A DNA stretch of 64,000 nt from an uncultured Ectothiorhodospiraceae bacterium. Its GTDB lineage: Bacteria > Pseudomonadota > Gammaproteobacteria > JAABTG01. The notes under the pieces were generated by a model. That model ran no database searches. It was not told the origin of the DNA and saw nothing but the letters and a program-made list of their open reading frames with translations. The stretch lies in NCBI GenBank assembly GCA_937867305.1, contig CALMKJ010000025.1, forward strand, positions 12,196-76,195, given 5' to 3'. Both the position numbers and the translations under genes were made by a program. Shown here piece by piece: positions 55,150 to 64,000 of this stretch. Position 1 is the stretch's first letter. The number at the start of each line of letters is the position of its first letter.

Positions 55150-56669
55150 GCCACCTGGTGATCTACCCCGTCCTGCTGCCGCTCTTCGCGGGCGTGGTCC
55201 TGCTGCTCGGGGCCGGATGGCCGCTGGCCTGGCAGCGGGCGGTGGGCCTGACCGCCGCCGCCGCACTGGTGCCGCTCTCCCTCCTGCTTCTCGGCACGAC
55301 GCTCGACGGAGGCTACGGGGTCTACGCCCTGGGGGACTGGCCCAGTCCCTTCGCAATCGTCCTGGTGGCCGATCGTCTGAGCGCGACGCTGGTCGCGCTC
55401 ACCTCCGTCCTGGCCCTTTTCGCCCTGCTGCACGCCAGCCGGGGCACGGACACCGAGGGACGCCACTTCCACGCCCTCTTTCAGTTCCAGTTGTTCGGGG
55501 TCGAAGGGGCTTTCCTCACCGGTGACCTGTTCAACCTGTTCGTGTTCTTCGAGGTCCTCCTCATCGCCTCCTACACGCTCCTGCTCCACGGGGGAGGGCG
55601 GGTCCGGACTCGCGCCGCGGTCCACTACGTGGTCCTCAACCTGGTGGGATCGAGCCTCTTCCTCATCGCCGCGGGGGTGCTCTACGGCGTTGCGGGAACC
55701 CTGAATCTGGCGGAGCTGGCGGTACGGGTCGCCGCCCTGCCCCCGGAAGACGTGGGCCTCGCGCGGGCGGGCGGTCTGCTCCTGCTGGTGGTCTTCGGGT
55801 TGAAGGCCGCGCTGCTGCCGTTCCACCTGTGGTTGCCGGCCACCTACGCCGGTGCGGCGGCGCCCGTCGCCGCCCTGTTCGCGATCATGACCAAGGTGGG
55901 TGTGTACGCCATCGTCCGGGTGTTCAACCTGGTGTTCGGCAGCGCGGCGGGCAGCCTTGCGGGCCTGGGGGAGGCCTGGCTCTGGCCGCTTGCCCTGGCG
56001 ACGGTCGTGGTGGGTGCCATCGGTGCGCTCGGCAGCAGGAGCCTGCGCCGACTCGTCGCGTATCTCGTGGTGGTGTCGGTGGGCACCCTGCTCGCGGGGG
56101 TTGCCCTCGGCAGCGGAGCTGCGCTGGCGGCGAGCCTCTTCTACCTGGTGCACAGCACCCTGGTGACCGGGGGCCTCTTCCTGCTGGCCGACGTCATCGG
56201 CCGGCGCCGGGGGCATGCGTCCGACTCGCTGGTCCCGGGCGCGCCATTCCCTCGGCCGCTCGTCCCCGGTGTCCTCTTCCTCTTGCTGGCGGTGGGGATG
56301 GCCGGGCTGCCGCCGTTGGGGGGATTCCTCGGCAAGCTGCTCCTCCTGCAGGCAGCGGTGTCCTCCCCCCGGGCCCCGTGGCTGTTCACGGTGGTGTTGG
56401 GGGCGGGGATCCTCAGCCTGGTCGCGCTCGGTCGCGCCGGCAGCACCCTGTTCTGGCGCCGGAGCGAGCCCCCTGAGCAGGAGGCGGTGGCCCGCGAGCG
56501 CCCCGGTGCGCTTGCTCCCGTGGTGGCCCTGGCCTCCGGTGCCCTCCTGTTCGTGGTGCTGGCGGGCCCGGTCGCGGAGCTCACCCGGGCGACAGCAGCG
56601 CAACTGGCCGAGCCGGCGGGTTTCGTGGACGCGGTGCTCGGGCCGCGGTCCGGGGAGAGGCTCCGGTGA
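55146..56669 (+). CDS. mrpD: Mrp antiporter subunit D
   Basis: GTGA overlap. NuoM/N-like (FNLFVFFEVLLIASYTLL; LWLPATYAGAAAPVAALFAIMTKVGVYA). Confidence 0.85.
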   Translation: MSHLVIYPVLLPLFAGVVLLLGAGWPLAWQRAVGLTAAAALVPLSLLLLGTTLDGGYGVYALGDWPSPFAIVLVADRLSATLVALTSVLALFALLHASRGTDTEGRHFHALFQFQLFGVEGAFLTGDLFNLFVFFEVLLIASYTLLLHGGGRVRTRAAVHYVVLNLVGSSLFLIAAGVLYGVAGTLNLAELAVRVAALPPEDVGLARAGGLLLLVVFGLKAALLPFHLWLPATYAGAAAPVAALFAIMTKVGVYAIVRVFNLVFGSAAGSLAGLGEAWLWPLALATVVVGAIGALGSRSLRRLVAYLVVVSVGTLLAGVALGSGAALAASLFYLVHSTLVTGGLFLLADVIGRRRGHASDSLVPGAPFPRPLVPGVLFLLLAVGMAGLPPLGGFLGKLLLLQAAVSSPRAPWLFTVVLGAGILSLVALGRAGSTLFWRRSEPPEQEAVARERPGALAPVVALASGALLFVVLAGPVAELTRATAAQLAEPAGFVDAVLGPRSGERLR

Positions 56670-57160
56670 GCCGGTGGCACTTCAGGCCTGTCCTCTCGAG
56701 CACCTTGCTGGTGCTGTGGTTGCTTCTCGTCAACAGCACCTCCCCTGGCCAGATCGTGCTGGGCGGGTCGTTCGCCGTGGTCATTTCCTGGTGGGTGGAG
56801 CCCTTCTGGCCCCCCCACCGGCGGACCTGCCGGGTGCGGCGCCTGGTGGGTTTCGCGGGGCTCGTGCTGGCGGACATCGTGCGGGCGAATTTCAGGGTCG
56901 CGGCGCTGATCCTGGGGGCCCCCGAGAGGCTGCGGCCGGCCTTCGTCGAGGTCCCTCTCGACCTGACCGACGAGCTCGCCATCGCGACCCTGGCCAGCAT
57001 CATCTCGCTGGCGCCGGGCACCGTGTCCGCCAGGGTCAGCGCAGACCGGCGGAAGATCCTGGTGCACGGGCTGGATGTCGCCGACGGTCCCGCCCTCGTG
57101 GCGGAGCTCAAGGAGCGCTACGAGGCGCCCCTGAAGGAGATCCTGGAATGCTCGATCTAG
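56666..57160 (+). CDS. mrpE: Mrp antiporter subunit E
   Basis: GTG overlapping mrpD stop. 164 aa, two TM, MnhE-like. Confidence 0.7.
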   Translation: MSRWHFRPVLSSTLLVLWLLLVNSTSPGQIVLGGSFAVVISWWVEPFWPPHRRTCRVRRLVGFAGLVLADIVRANFRVAALILGAPERLRPAFVEVPLDLTDELAIATLASIISLAPGTVSARVSADRRKILVHGLDVADGPALVAELKERYEAPLKEILECSI

Positions 57161-57417
57161 CGGTGGCGTTGTCCTTCGGTATGCTGGGGGTTGCCCTCCT
57201 GCTCAATCTCTGGCGGCTCGTGCGCGGTCCCGAGCTCCCCGACCGGGTACTGGCCCTCGACACCCTGTACGTCAATGCCATTGGGCTGATCCTGTTGCTC
57301 GACGTGCACCTGGACCGGGCGGTCAACTTCGAGGCCGCGCTCGTCATCGCGATGATGGGCTTCGTCGGGACCCTGGCGTTCTCGAAGTTCCTGCTGCGCG
57401 GCGACATCATCGAGTAG
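57148..57417 (+). CDS. mrpF: Mrp antiporter subunit F
   Basis: 89 aa, three TM (LAVALSFGMLGVALLLNLWRLV...), overlaps mrpE by 13 nt. Confidence 0.7.
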   Translation: MLDLAVALSFGMLGVALLLNLWRLVRGPELPDRVLALDTLYVNAIGLILLLDVHLDRAVNFEAALVIAMMGFVGTLAFSKFLLRGDIIE

Positions 57418-57469
57418 GGGGAGAGAGGATCGGGTCGCAGGCAGATCCAGTACGCGGGGGGACCGGGGG

Positions 57470-57820
57470 ATGGAATCGGCGATGTGGGGAGTGGAGGTTC
57501 TGGTATCGGTGCTGCTGTTGGCGGGGGCCGGCTTCGCCCTGGTGGGCTCGATCGGCCTTGCGCGGTTGCCGGACTTCTTCATGCGCCTGCACGCCCCCAC
57601 CAAGGCCACGACCCTCGGCGTCGGGGCGATGATGCTGGGCTCGGCGGTCCACTTCGGTGTCCGTGGAGATGGCCTGAGCCTTCACGAGCTTCTGCTGAGC
57701 GTCTTCCTCTTCGTTACCGCGCCCGTCAGTGCCCACCTCCTGGCCAAGGCGGCGCTGCATCTGAAGATCTCCACGCGATCCAGGCCCGTCAGCGAATCAC
57801 GTACAGCAGCACCGCCATGA
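57470..57820 (+). CDS. mrpG: Mrp antiporter subunit G
   Basis: 116 aa, MnhG-like (GSIGLARLPDFFMRLHAPTKATTLGVGAMMLGSAV). Confidence 0.7.
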   Translation: MESAMWGVEVLVSVLLLAGAGFALVGSIGLARLPDFFMRLHAPTKATTLGVGAMMLGSAVHFGVRGDGLSLHELLLSVFLFVTAPVSAHLLAKAALHLKISTRSRPVSESRTAAPP

Positions 57821-58460
57821 AGTGAAAGACGCTCCCGGCGAGCACCCACAGGTGCCAGACGGCGTGCATGTACTTGATTCTCTCGAGCACGTAGAACACG
57901 ACGCCGACGGTGTAGGCGAGGCCGCCGGCCACGAGAAGCCAGAGCCCGCCGGCCTCGAGCCGCTCCGACAGCGGTCCGAACGACACCACGATGAGCCACC
58001 CCATCGCCAGGTACACGAGGGCCGAGAGCCAGCGAGGGCGATAGGTCCAGAACGCCTCCATCGCGATGCCAACCACGGCGAATCCCCAGACGATCCCGAA
58101 CAGCCACCAGCCGTTCGCATCGCGCAGCGTCACCAGGCAGAACGGGGTGTAGGTCCCGGCGATCAGCAGGTAGATGCTGCAGTGGTCCAGGACCTTGAAG
58201 ACGTGCTTGGCCCCGGGGTGGGGGATGCTGTGGTAGAGCGTCGACGTCGTGTAGGCGAGGATCAGGGAAACGCCGAGCACGATGGCGCTGGCGAGCTTGT
58301 GCCCGTCGTTCGCCAGGACGGCGAACACGGTGAGGATGACCAGGGCGGCGACCGCGAGCCCGACCCCGATGCCGTGGGTGGCGCCGTTCGCAATCTCTTC
58401 GCCCAGCGTGTAACCGCGCCGGATTCGCAGCGCCTGCGCCTCGGCTGCCTGACCGCTCAC
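57789..58460 (-). CDS. Hemolysin III / PAQR family 7-TM protein
   Basis: [15 protein letters not shown]..., HSIPHPG..., seven TM segments. 4-bp overlap with upstream glgB. Confidence 0.8.
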   Translation of the reverse strand: MSGQAAEAQALRIRRGYTLGEEIANGATHGIGVGLAVAALVILTVFAVLANDGHKLASAIVLGVSLILAYTTSTLYHSIPHPGAKHVFKVLDHCSIYLLIAGTYTPFCLVTLRDANGWWLFGIVWGFAVVGIAMEAFWTYRPRWLSALVYLAMGWLIVVSFGPLSERLEAGGLWLLVAGGLAYTVGVVFYVLERIKYMHAVWHLWVLAGSVFHFMAVLLYVIR

Positions 58461-60739
58461 GAGGGCGTACCCCCGCCGCCGTACCCATCCCGGCCGGCGG
58501 GCAGCAGGACGATGCCGCCCAGGGGCGGGACGGTGACGCTGAGGGACCAGTCACGGCCCAGCCACTGCCGGGGCTCCGCCTGGAGCCGCGTCATTCCGTT
58601 GCCCGTGTTGCTCCCGGCGTAGTATTGGGAGTCGGAGTTGAACACCTCCTCGTAGACCCCCTCGCTGGGCACGCCGATCCGGTAGCCGTGGTGCGGGATC
58701 GGTGTGAAGTTGATCACCACGACCGCGAAGTCCTCCCCGGACTTGCGCAGGAAGCTCAGTACCGACCGCTGCGCGTCGTTGCAGTCGAGCCACTCGAAGC
58801 CTTCCCATTCGAATTCGTGCGCGTGGAGCTCCGGCCGGGACTGATACAGGCGATTGAGGTCCTTCACGAGCCGCTGGACGCCCGCGTGGTATGGATACTG
58901 CAACATCCACCAGTCGAGCACGCTGGCGCTGTTCCACTCCGTGCCCTGGCCGAACTCGGTGCCCATGAAGAGCAGCTTCTTGCCGGGGTGGGTGAACATG
59001 TACGTGTAGACGAGACGCAGGTTGGCAAAGCGCTGCCACTCGTCGCCGGGCATCTTGGTGAGCATCGAGCCCTTGCCGTGCACGACCTCGTCGTGGGAGA
59101 AGGGCAGCATGAAGTTCTCGGTGAAGGCGTACAGCATGCTGAACGTCAGCATGTCGTGGTGGTACTTGCGGTAGATGGGGTCCTTCGCGAAATAGCGCAG
59201 GGTGTCGTTCATCCACCCCATGTTCCATTTCAGGTCGAAGCCGAGGCCGCCCAGGTGGACGGGACGGGTCACCTGGGGCCAGGCCGTGGACTCTTCCGCG
59301 ATCAGCAGGCACCCCGGGACCTGGGCGTGGGTGACGGTGTTCATTTCGCGCAGGAACTCGATCGCCTCGAGGTTCTCGCGGCCCCCTTGCTCGTTCGGAA
59401 CCCACTCCGAGCGCGAGTAGTCGAGGTAGAGCATCGAAGCCACGGCGTCGACCCGCAGGCCGTCGACGTGGAACTCCTCGAGCCAGAACAGGGCGCTCGA
59501 AAGCAGGAAATTCTTCACCTCGTGGCGCCCGTAATTGAAGATGAGCGTGGACCAGTCGAGGTGCTCGCCTTTGCGGGGGTCGGCGTGCTCGTAGAGCGCG
59601 GTGCCGTCGAAGCGCGCGAGGCCGTGGGCGTCCTTCGGGAAATGCGCAGGCACCCAGTCGAGGATCACGCCGATGCCGTTGCGGTGGCAGTGATCGATGA
59701 AGAAGCGGAGATCGTCGGGCGCCCCGAAGCGTGACGTGGCAGCGTAGTACCCCGTGGTCTGGTAGCCCCAGGAGAGATCGAACGGGTGTTCGGTGATGGG
59801 CAGGAGCTCGATGTAATTGAAGCCCATCTCCCGAACGTACTCGACGAGCCGGGTCGCGTACTCCCGGTAGTCGAGGAATTCCCCCTCGACGCCCCGCTGC
59901 CATGACCCCAGGTGCACCTCGTACACCGACATGGGCGCGTGTAGCCAGTCGCGGCGCGCGCGCTGCTCGAGCCACGGCCGGTCCTGCCACACATGGGCCG
60001 ATGGGCCGGCGACGACGGAGGCGGTGTTCGGGCGCAGCTCGAAGCGTTGCCCGTAGGGGTCGCTCTTCAGGAACACCTCACGGGTGACGCGGGTCCGGAT
60101 CTCGTACTTGTAGACGACGCCTGCCGCGAGGTCGGGCAGGAACAACTCCCACACGCCCTTGCCCTCGCGCAGCCGCATGGGGTGGCGCCGGCCGTCCCAC
60201 TGGTTGAAGTCACCGACGACGCTCACGCGCTCGGCGTTCGGCGCCCAGACGGCGAACAGCACCCCGGTGACGCCGTCGACCTCGTGCTCGTGGGCGCCGA
60301 GGAACCGGTAGGCGTGCCAGTGCTTGCCCTCCCCGAAGAGGTGCAGGTCGAAGTCGGAGAGTTGCGGACCGTAGGTGTAGGGGTCGTGGGCGACGTGCTC
60401 CCGGTGGTCCGTGTCGCGCCAGGCGAGGCGGTAGTGATCGGGGACGCGCTTCGCCTCGCCGCGCCACTCGAAGACGTCCGTGTCCGGTACCCGCTGCATG
60501 GGGAGCAGGCCTTCCGCGATGGTCACCTCCGCGGCGTGGGGGATGTAGGCCCGCACCAGCGCTTCACCGTTCTCCACCCGGCGCCCGAGGACACGGAAGG
60601 GGTCGTGGTGCCGGGCCTCCAGGAGGCGCGCCAGATCGTCGTCCAGGTTCGCTCCCGCCGTCTGGGGGGCCGGTGCCGCGACCGGGGTCGTCGCTCGTGC
60701 GGCAATTGCCGTGGTTTCGGATGGGTTGCTGTCGGTCAC
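58457..60739 (-). CDS. glgB: 1,4-alpha-glucan branching enzyme
   Basis: CBM48 plus GH13 catalytic motifs ([38 protein letters not shown]). GTG at 60739 chosen over ATG 60850, which would overlap the upstream phosphatase gene by 70 bp. Confidence 0.85.
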   Translation of the reverse strand: MTDSNPSETTAIAARATTPVAAPAPQTAGANLDDDLARLLEARHHDPFRVLGRRVENGEALVRAYIPHAAEVTIAEGLLPMQRVPDTDVFEWRGEAKRVPDHYRLAWRDTDHREHVAHDPYTYGPQLSDFDLHLFGEGKHWHAYRFLGAHEHEVDGVTGVLFAVWAPNAERVSVVGDFNQWDGRRHPMRLREGKGVWELFLPDLAAGVVYKYEIRTRVTREVFLKSDPYGQRFELRPNTASVVAGPSAHVWQDRPWLEQRARRDWLHAPMSVYEVHLGSWQRGVEGEFLDYREYATRLVEYVREMGFNYIELLPITEHPFDLSWGYQTTGYYAATSRFGAPDDLRFFIDHCHRNGIGVILDWVPAHFPKDAHGLARFDGTALYEHADPRKGEHLDWSTLIFNYGRHEVKNFLLSSALFWLEEFHVDGLRVDAVASMLYLDYSRSEWVPNEQGGRENLEAIEFLREMNTVTHAQVPGCLLIAEESTAWPQVTRPVHLGGLGFDLKWNMGWMNDTLRYFAKDPIYRKYHHDMLTFSMLYAFTENFMLPFSHDEVVHGKGSMLTKMPGDEWQRFANLRLVYTYMFTHPGKKLLFMGTEFGQGTEWNSASVLDWWMLQYPYHAGVQRLVKDLNRLYQSRPELHAHEFEWEGFEWLDCNDAQRSVLSFLRKSGEDFAVVVINFTPIPHHGYRIGVPSEGVYEEVFNSDSQYYAGSNTGNGMTRLQAEPRQWLGRDWSLSVTVPPLGGIVLLPAGRDGYGGGGTPS

Positions 60740-60779
60740 GGGGTCTCTTTCCGCGAATGGCCCAGGGCAGCCGCAATCC

Positions 60780-62261
60780 CTACCCTGGTGGTACGGGAAG
60801 TATCGCACGGAACGCCGGGAGATGAGGTCGGGCCCCGGGCGAGGCGTCACCCAGGGAAATCGCCTGCGTCATGACCCGGTAGACCGCCGTGTTGTCCACG
60901 TAGTCCCCGGCGAACCCACGGGCGGTTGGCCCGTAGGCGTCCACTGCCCGGGCGTCGCGTGCGAGCACGAGGGCGGAGAAGCGCTCGCTGCCCAGGCCCC
61001 TGGCGAACAGGGGGACCAGGGCCCCGGTGTGCCCCCGGGAGGCGAACTGGTGGCCCGGGACGTGGCCGGGCCCCCGGTCCTCGAGGGGACGATAGCCGTG
61101 GAAGACGTCCGGGCCGGCGGGATCGTACACGCCGTTGCGGTTGTGGTCGCTGTAGGTGCCGGGTCCCCAGAGGTGCCCCGTCTCGTGGTCTCCGGTCACG
61201 ATCACGAGGTTGCGATGCCAACCGCCAGCCGGGTTGTCCGGGGCCTCGATCCAGTCCACCACGGCCTGCACGGCGGCGTCGAATTCGGCCTGCTCCTCGA
61301 TGAGACGCGGCAGGTCGTGCGCGTGGGCGGCCCAGTCGACGGCGCCTCCCTCGACGAGCAGGGCGAAGCCGCTGGCGCCGCGCTCGAGCACGCGGATCCC
61401 TGCCTGCACCAGGGTGGCCAGCGAGGGCACCCCGGGGTTGGGGGCAACGCCCGAGGGGCGGTTGGGGTCGGCGCCGCGGCGCCGGTCCGCCTGAAGGGTG
61501 GTACCGGCGCGGGCGACGCCGAGCAGCCTGGTGGGGGCCGGCACGCGGCCGCCAGCGATGGCCTCGAAGTCCTCGCGCGCCTCGACCAGGGACCACCCCT
61601 CACCGCCGGCGGTCTGCAGGGCCTGCCAGGTGGAGAATCCGCCGACGTGGTCGTAATGGCCGGGCTCCGGCTGCCGGGGCTCGCCATTGACGTCGTGCCC
61701 GGGGTGGCCTGCGCCGATCAGGACGTCGAGCCAGTCCCCCAGGATCCCTTCCCGGGCGATCGCGGGGTAGTCGTTGCGGGACATCGAATGGGCATACGCG
61801 GCCGCCGGCGTGGCGTGGGCGAAGGGCACCGAGGAGATGGCCCCCGTGGCCATGCCGAGCCGCGAAGCGTCCTCGAAGAAGGTCCTGAGCGGTCGACCGT
61901 CCGGCGACCGGTTGAGCTGTCCGTCCCGGACCTTGATGCCGCTGACCATGGCGGTCGCCGCTGCCGCGGAGTCGGTGGCGCCCCGGAGGGCCCAGCCGAA
62001 GTCCGACCACATGCGCCCGGGGTCGTAGCCCGCGGGCTGGCTGGCGGAATGGGTCTGCACGGCGACCTTGACGGGGAAGTCCTGGTAGACGGGCGGCGCT
62101 CCCCTGTAGAGGGTGGTGGCCCCCACGGCGTGAAAGCCCTGGCCGTCGCTCACCATCAGGAAGACGTTGACCGGACCATGCGCCGCCGCGGGTGCCGTGA
62201 GCCATGCCGCCAGGATCCCGGCGCCCAGGCTGCGCAGGGTGTGGTCCCGGGCTCGCGGCAT
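60780..62261 (-). CDS. Alkaline phosphatase (PhoA family), secreted
   Basis: Signal peptide [29 protein letters not shown]; FLMVSDG; active-site [13 protein letters not shown]; metal ligands (DHETGH, HT). GGAGA RBS. Confidence 0.75.
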   Translation of the reverse strand: MPRARDHTLRSLGAGILAAWLTAPAAAHGPVNVFLMVSDGQGFHAVGATTLYRGAPPVYQDFPVKVAVQTHSASQPAGYDPGRMWSDFGWALRGATDSAAAATAMVSGIKVRDGQLNRSPDGRPLRTFFEDASRLGMATGAISSVPFAHATPAAAYAHSMSRNDYPAIAREGILGDWLDVLIGAGHPGHDVNGEPRQPEPGHYDHVGGFSTWQALQTAGGEGWSLVEAREDFEAIAGGRVPAPTRLLGVARAGTTLQADRRRGADPNRPSGVAPNPGVPSLATLVQAGIRVLERGASGFALLVEGGAVDWAAHAHDLPRLIEEQAEFDAAVQAVVDWIEAPDNPAGGWHRNLVIVTGDHETGHLWGPGTYSDHNRNGVYDPAGPDVFHGYRPLEDRGPGHVPGHQFASRGHTGALVPLFARGLGSERFSALVLARDARAVDAYGPTARGFAGDYVDNTAVYRVMTQAISLGDASPGARPHLPAFRAILPVPPG

Positions 62262-62314
62262 GGGGTCTCCGGCGGCGGGTGGTGCGTCAGGCGACCTGGG
62301 TCCAGGGCCTGTGC

Positions 62315-63123
62315 TTACCGGCAGGCCCCGAGGGACCCGGCAGCGCAGCGCCGGCGGTCGACCCAGCGGGCGCGGTCGAGGACGGCGCCCTCGAGGCGCG
62401 CGTCGCTCAGGTCCGCCTTCACCAGCACCGCGTCGCTCAGGTCCGCACCGGTGAGGTCGGCGGAGAGCAGTTGCGCCTCTTCCAGGTTGGCGTGCCGCAG
62501 CACGGCGCCGGTGAGTGTGGCCTCTTCGAGGGAGACCCGCTTGCAGTTCGCCCCCTCGAGGTTGGCGTGCGTGAGCCGGGCCCCCCGCAGACGGGCCTGG
62601 AGCAGGTTGGCCCTGGGCATCTGGGTGTCGCCGAGGTCAGCCCCGGCCGCCTCGGCCTGGTAGAGCCCTGCTCCGCGCAGGCTGGCCCCGGTCAGGTTGG
62701 CTCCCGTCAGCTTGGCCCTGTCGAGGCTCGCCCCGTCGAGGACCGCTCCCTGCAGCTGGGCACCGGAAAGGTCCGCACTGACGAAGCGTGCATCCCCGGC
62801 CTTGACGTCCCGCAGCGTCGCCCCTCGGAGCGTGGTGAGCGTCAGGTCCGCGCCGCTCAGTCGAGTGCCCGTCAGATCGGCGCCCGAGAGGTCGGTGCGC
62901 AGCAGCACCGCCCCGCGCAGGTCGAGCCCGGTGAGCTCGGCGTTCCGCTTGTCGCAGCCGGTCCAGATGACACCGGGTCCCGGGGGGCTGTCGCAGGCGG
63001 CGAGCGCCGGGCCTCCCGCAAGCAGCGGCAGTGCGAGCATCAGGAGCAGTGTGACCTGCCGGGGGGGCTGCCGGAGGGGTGAAGTCCGCCGGGGCCGTCG
63101 GGTGTCTTCGGTCGCGTCGCGCA
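62315..63123 (-). CDS. Pentapeptide-repeat protein with signal peptide
   Basis: ATG 63123. Signal LLLMLALPLLAGGPALAAC, then about 35 consecutive A(D/N)LxG/A(A/T)xL pentapeptide units. Confidence 0.7.
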
Positions 63124-63243
63124 TGTCGGCCCAAGCATACCGCCGGTGCCGGTCCTGCGCACGGTTCCCCGCCCTGCGGGGCGCTTGACCTGGCTGCCTC
63201 GCCACGGGTATCAAGCGGGCCGGCATCCCCGCTCTGGTCCGCC

Positions 63244-64000
63244 CATGTCCCACGCCTTCCCTGCAGGCCTGCGCGAAGGAAGCCTGGTCCTGTACAAGTC
63301 CCGCCCGGCGCGGGTGGCAGCGCTCGCCGAGAAGATCGAGATCTCCCTCCCGGGGGGAGAGTCGCAGCGGGTGCGCCCGAAGGACGTGACCCTCCTGCAC
63401 CCCGGGCCGCTGCGCTCGCTCGCGGACCTCCAGCCCCTCGAAGGGGAGGTGGACGCCGCATGGGAGCTCCTGGCGGGCGAGACGACCCATCTCGCCGAGC
63501 TCGCCGAGCTCGTTTTCGGGGGTTACACGCCGCAGACCGCGTGGGCTGCGTGGTCCCTGGTCGGAGACGGGCTGTTGTTCTCCGGCGCCCCCGACGCCAT
63601 CGAAGCCCGCAGCCGCGAGACCGTGGAGGCCGAGCGGACGCGGCGGGAGGCCCGCCTCGCGGAGGAGCGGGCCCGGGCGGACTTCTTCGCGCGGGCTCGT
63701 TCGGGAGGGGGCAAGGAGCCCGGGGACGCCCGCTTCCTCGCCGACGTGGAGCGGCTCGCGGAGGGGCGGGCCGAGCACAGCCGCGTACTGCAGGAACTCG
63801 GCAAGGAGGAGTCGGCCGAATCGGCCCACCGGTTTCTGCTGCGCGTCGGGCACTGGGACGAGACCGTCAATCCGTACCCCCGGCGACATGCGCTATCGCT
63901 CGAGCCTCCAATCCAGGAGGCGCCCGCTCTGCCCGATGAGGCCCGGGTCGACCTGACGAGGCTCGCCGCCTACGCGATCGACGACGAGGACAGCCGGGAC
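63244..64000 (+). CDS. RNB-family exoribonuclease (RNase II/R-like), N-terminal part; runs off window
   Basis: ATG 63244, open to the window end. ...VDLTRLAAYAIDDEDSRD is the start of the RNB catalytic domain. Coiled-coil Arg/Glu-rich linker. Confidence 0.6.

Noticed and set aside
60740-60850. ATG 60850 as glgB start
   Set aside because: It would overlap the upstream alkaline phosphatase gene by 70 bp and add a non-conserved 37-aa leader. GTG 60739 leaves a 41-bp spacer.
1-64000. CRISPR arrays, IS elements, integrases, phage genes, tRNA/rRNA
   Set aside because: No direct-repeat arrays, transposase/integrase-like ORFs or tRNA-like cloverleaf regions were seen. Intergenic regions are short and largely accounted for.

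Overview
High-GC (about 68%) bacterial chromosomal window, most consistent with a sulfur-oxidizing gammaproteobacterium (inference from gene content and GC only). The window is densely coding, with about 60 supportable features.

Genes by position:
- 0-13 kb: partial livF, a CBS/ACT protein, and a minus-strand cluster of VWA lipoprotein, ECF sigma factor, anti-sigma factor and GH1 beta-glucosidase. Then sthA and nrdJ (class II ribonucleotide reductase), a tandem three-domain QueD fused protein with queE, and ampG.
- 13-20 kb: PBP1A, a PAP2-phosphatase/GT39 (ArnT-like) fusion, and a lamin-tail-domain protein with a PEP-CTERM anchor.
- 19.8-32 kb: a complete [NiFe]-hydrogenase island. hypC-A-B-D-F-E lie on the minus strand. 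They are divergent from hupD(protease)-hupH-like-hynS-isp1-isp2-hynL on the plus strand, i.e. a Hyn/Isp-type group 1 hydrogenase, closed by a strong intrinsic terminator.
- 32-45 kb: a DHH/NrnA-like phosphoesterase, a phosphohexomutase, an HDOD protein and a YihY protein. Then a histidine kinase plus a REC-PAS-GGDEF-EAL regulator, ompR-envZ, and an Hsp20 with a candidate sigma-32 promoter.
- 45-64 kb: a secreted alpha/beta hydrolase, two PsiE paralogs, and a minus-strand run of small membrane protein, K+ channel, gnd and zwf. Then mrpA(B)CDEFG, hlyIII, glgB, a PhoA-type alkaline phosphatase, a pentapeptide-repeat protein and a partial RNB exoribonuclease.

No CRISPR array, IS element, integrase, tRNA or rRNA was seen.

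Observations most worth follow-up:
- The three-domain QueD with only the middle catalytic Cys intact.
- The PAP2-GT39 fusion beside PBP1A.
- The architecture of the Hyn/Isp hydrogenase island, including the protease placed upstream and a small subunit with a hydrophobic C-terminal tail.
- The K+ channel transcriptionally linked to gnd and zwf.
- nrdJ-sthA linkage.
- Two RBS-supported micro-proteins flanking a bidirectional terminator.
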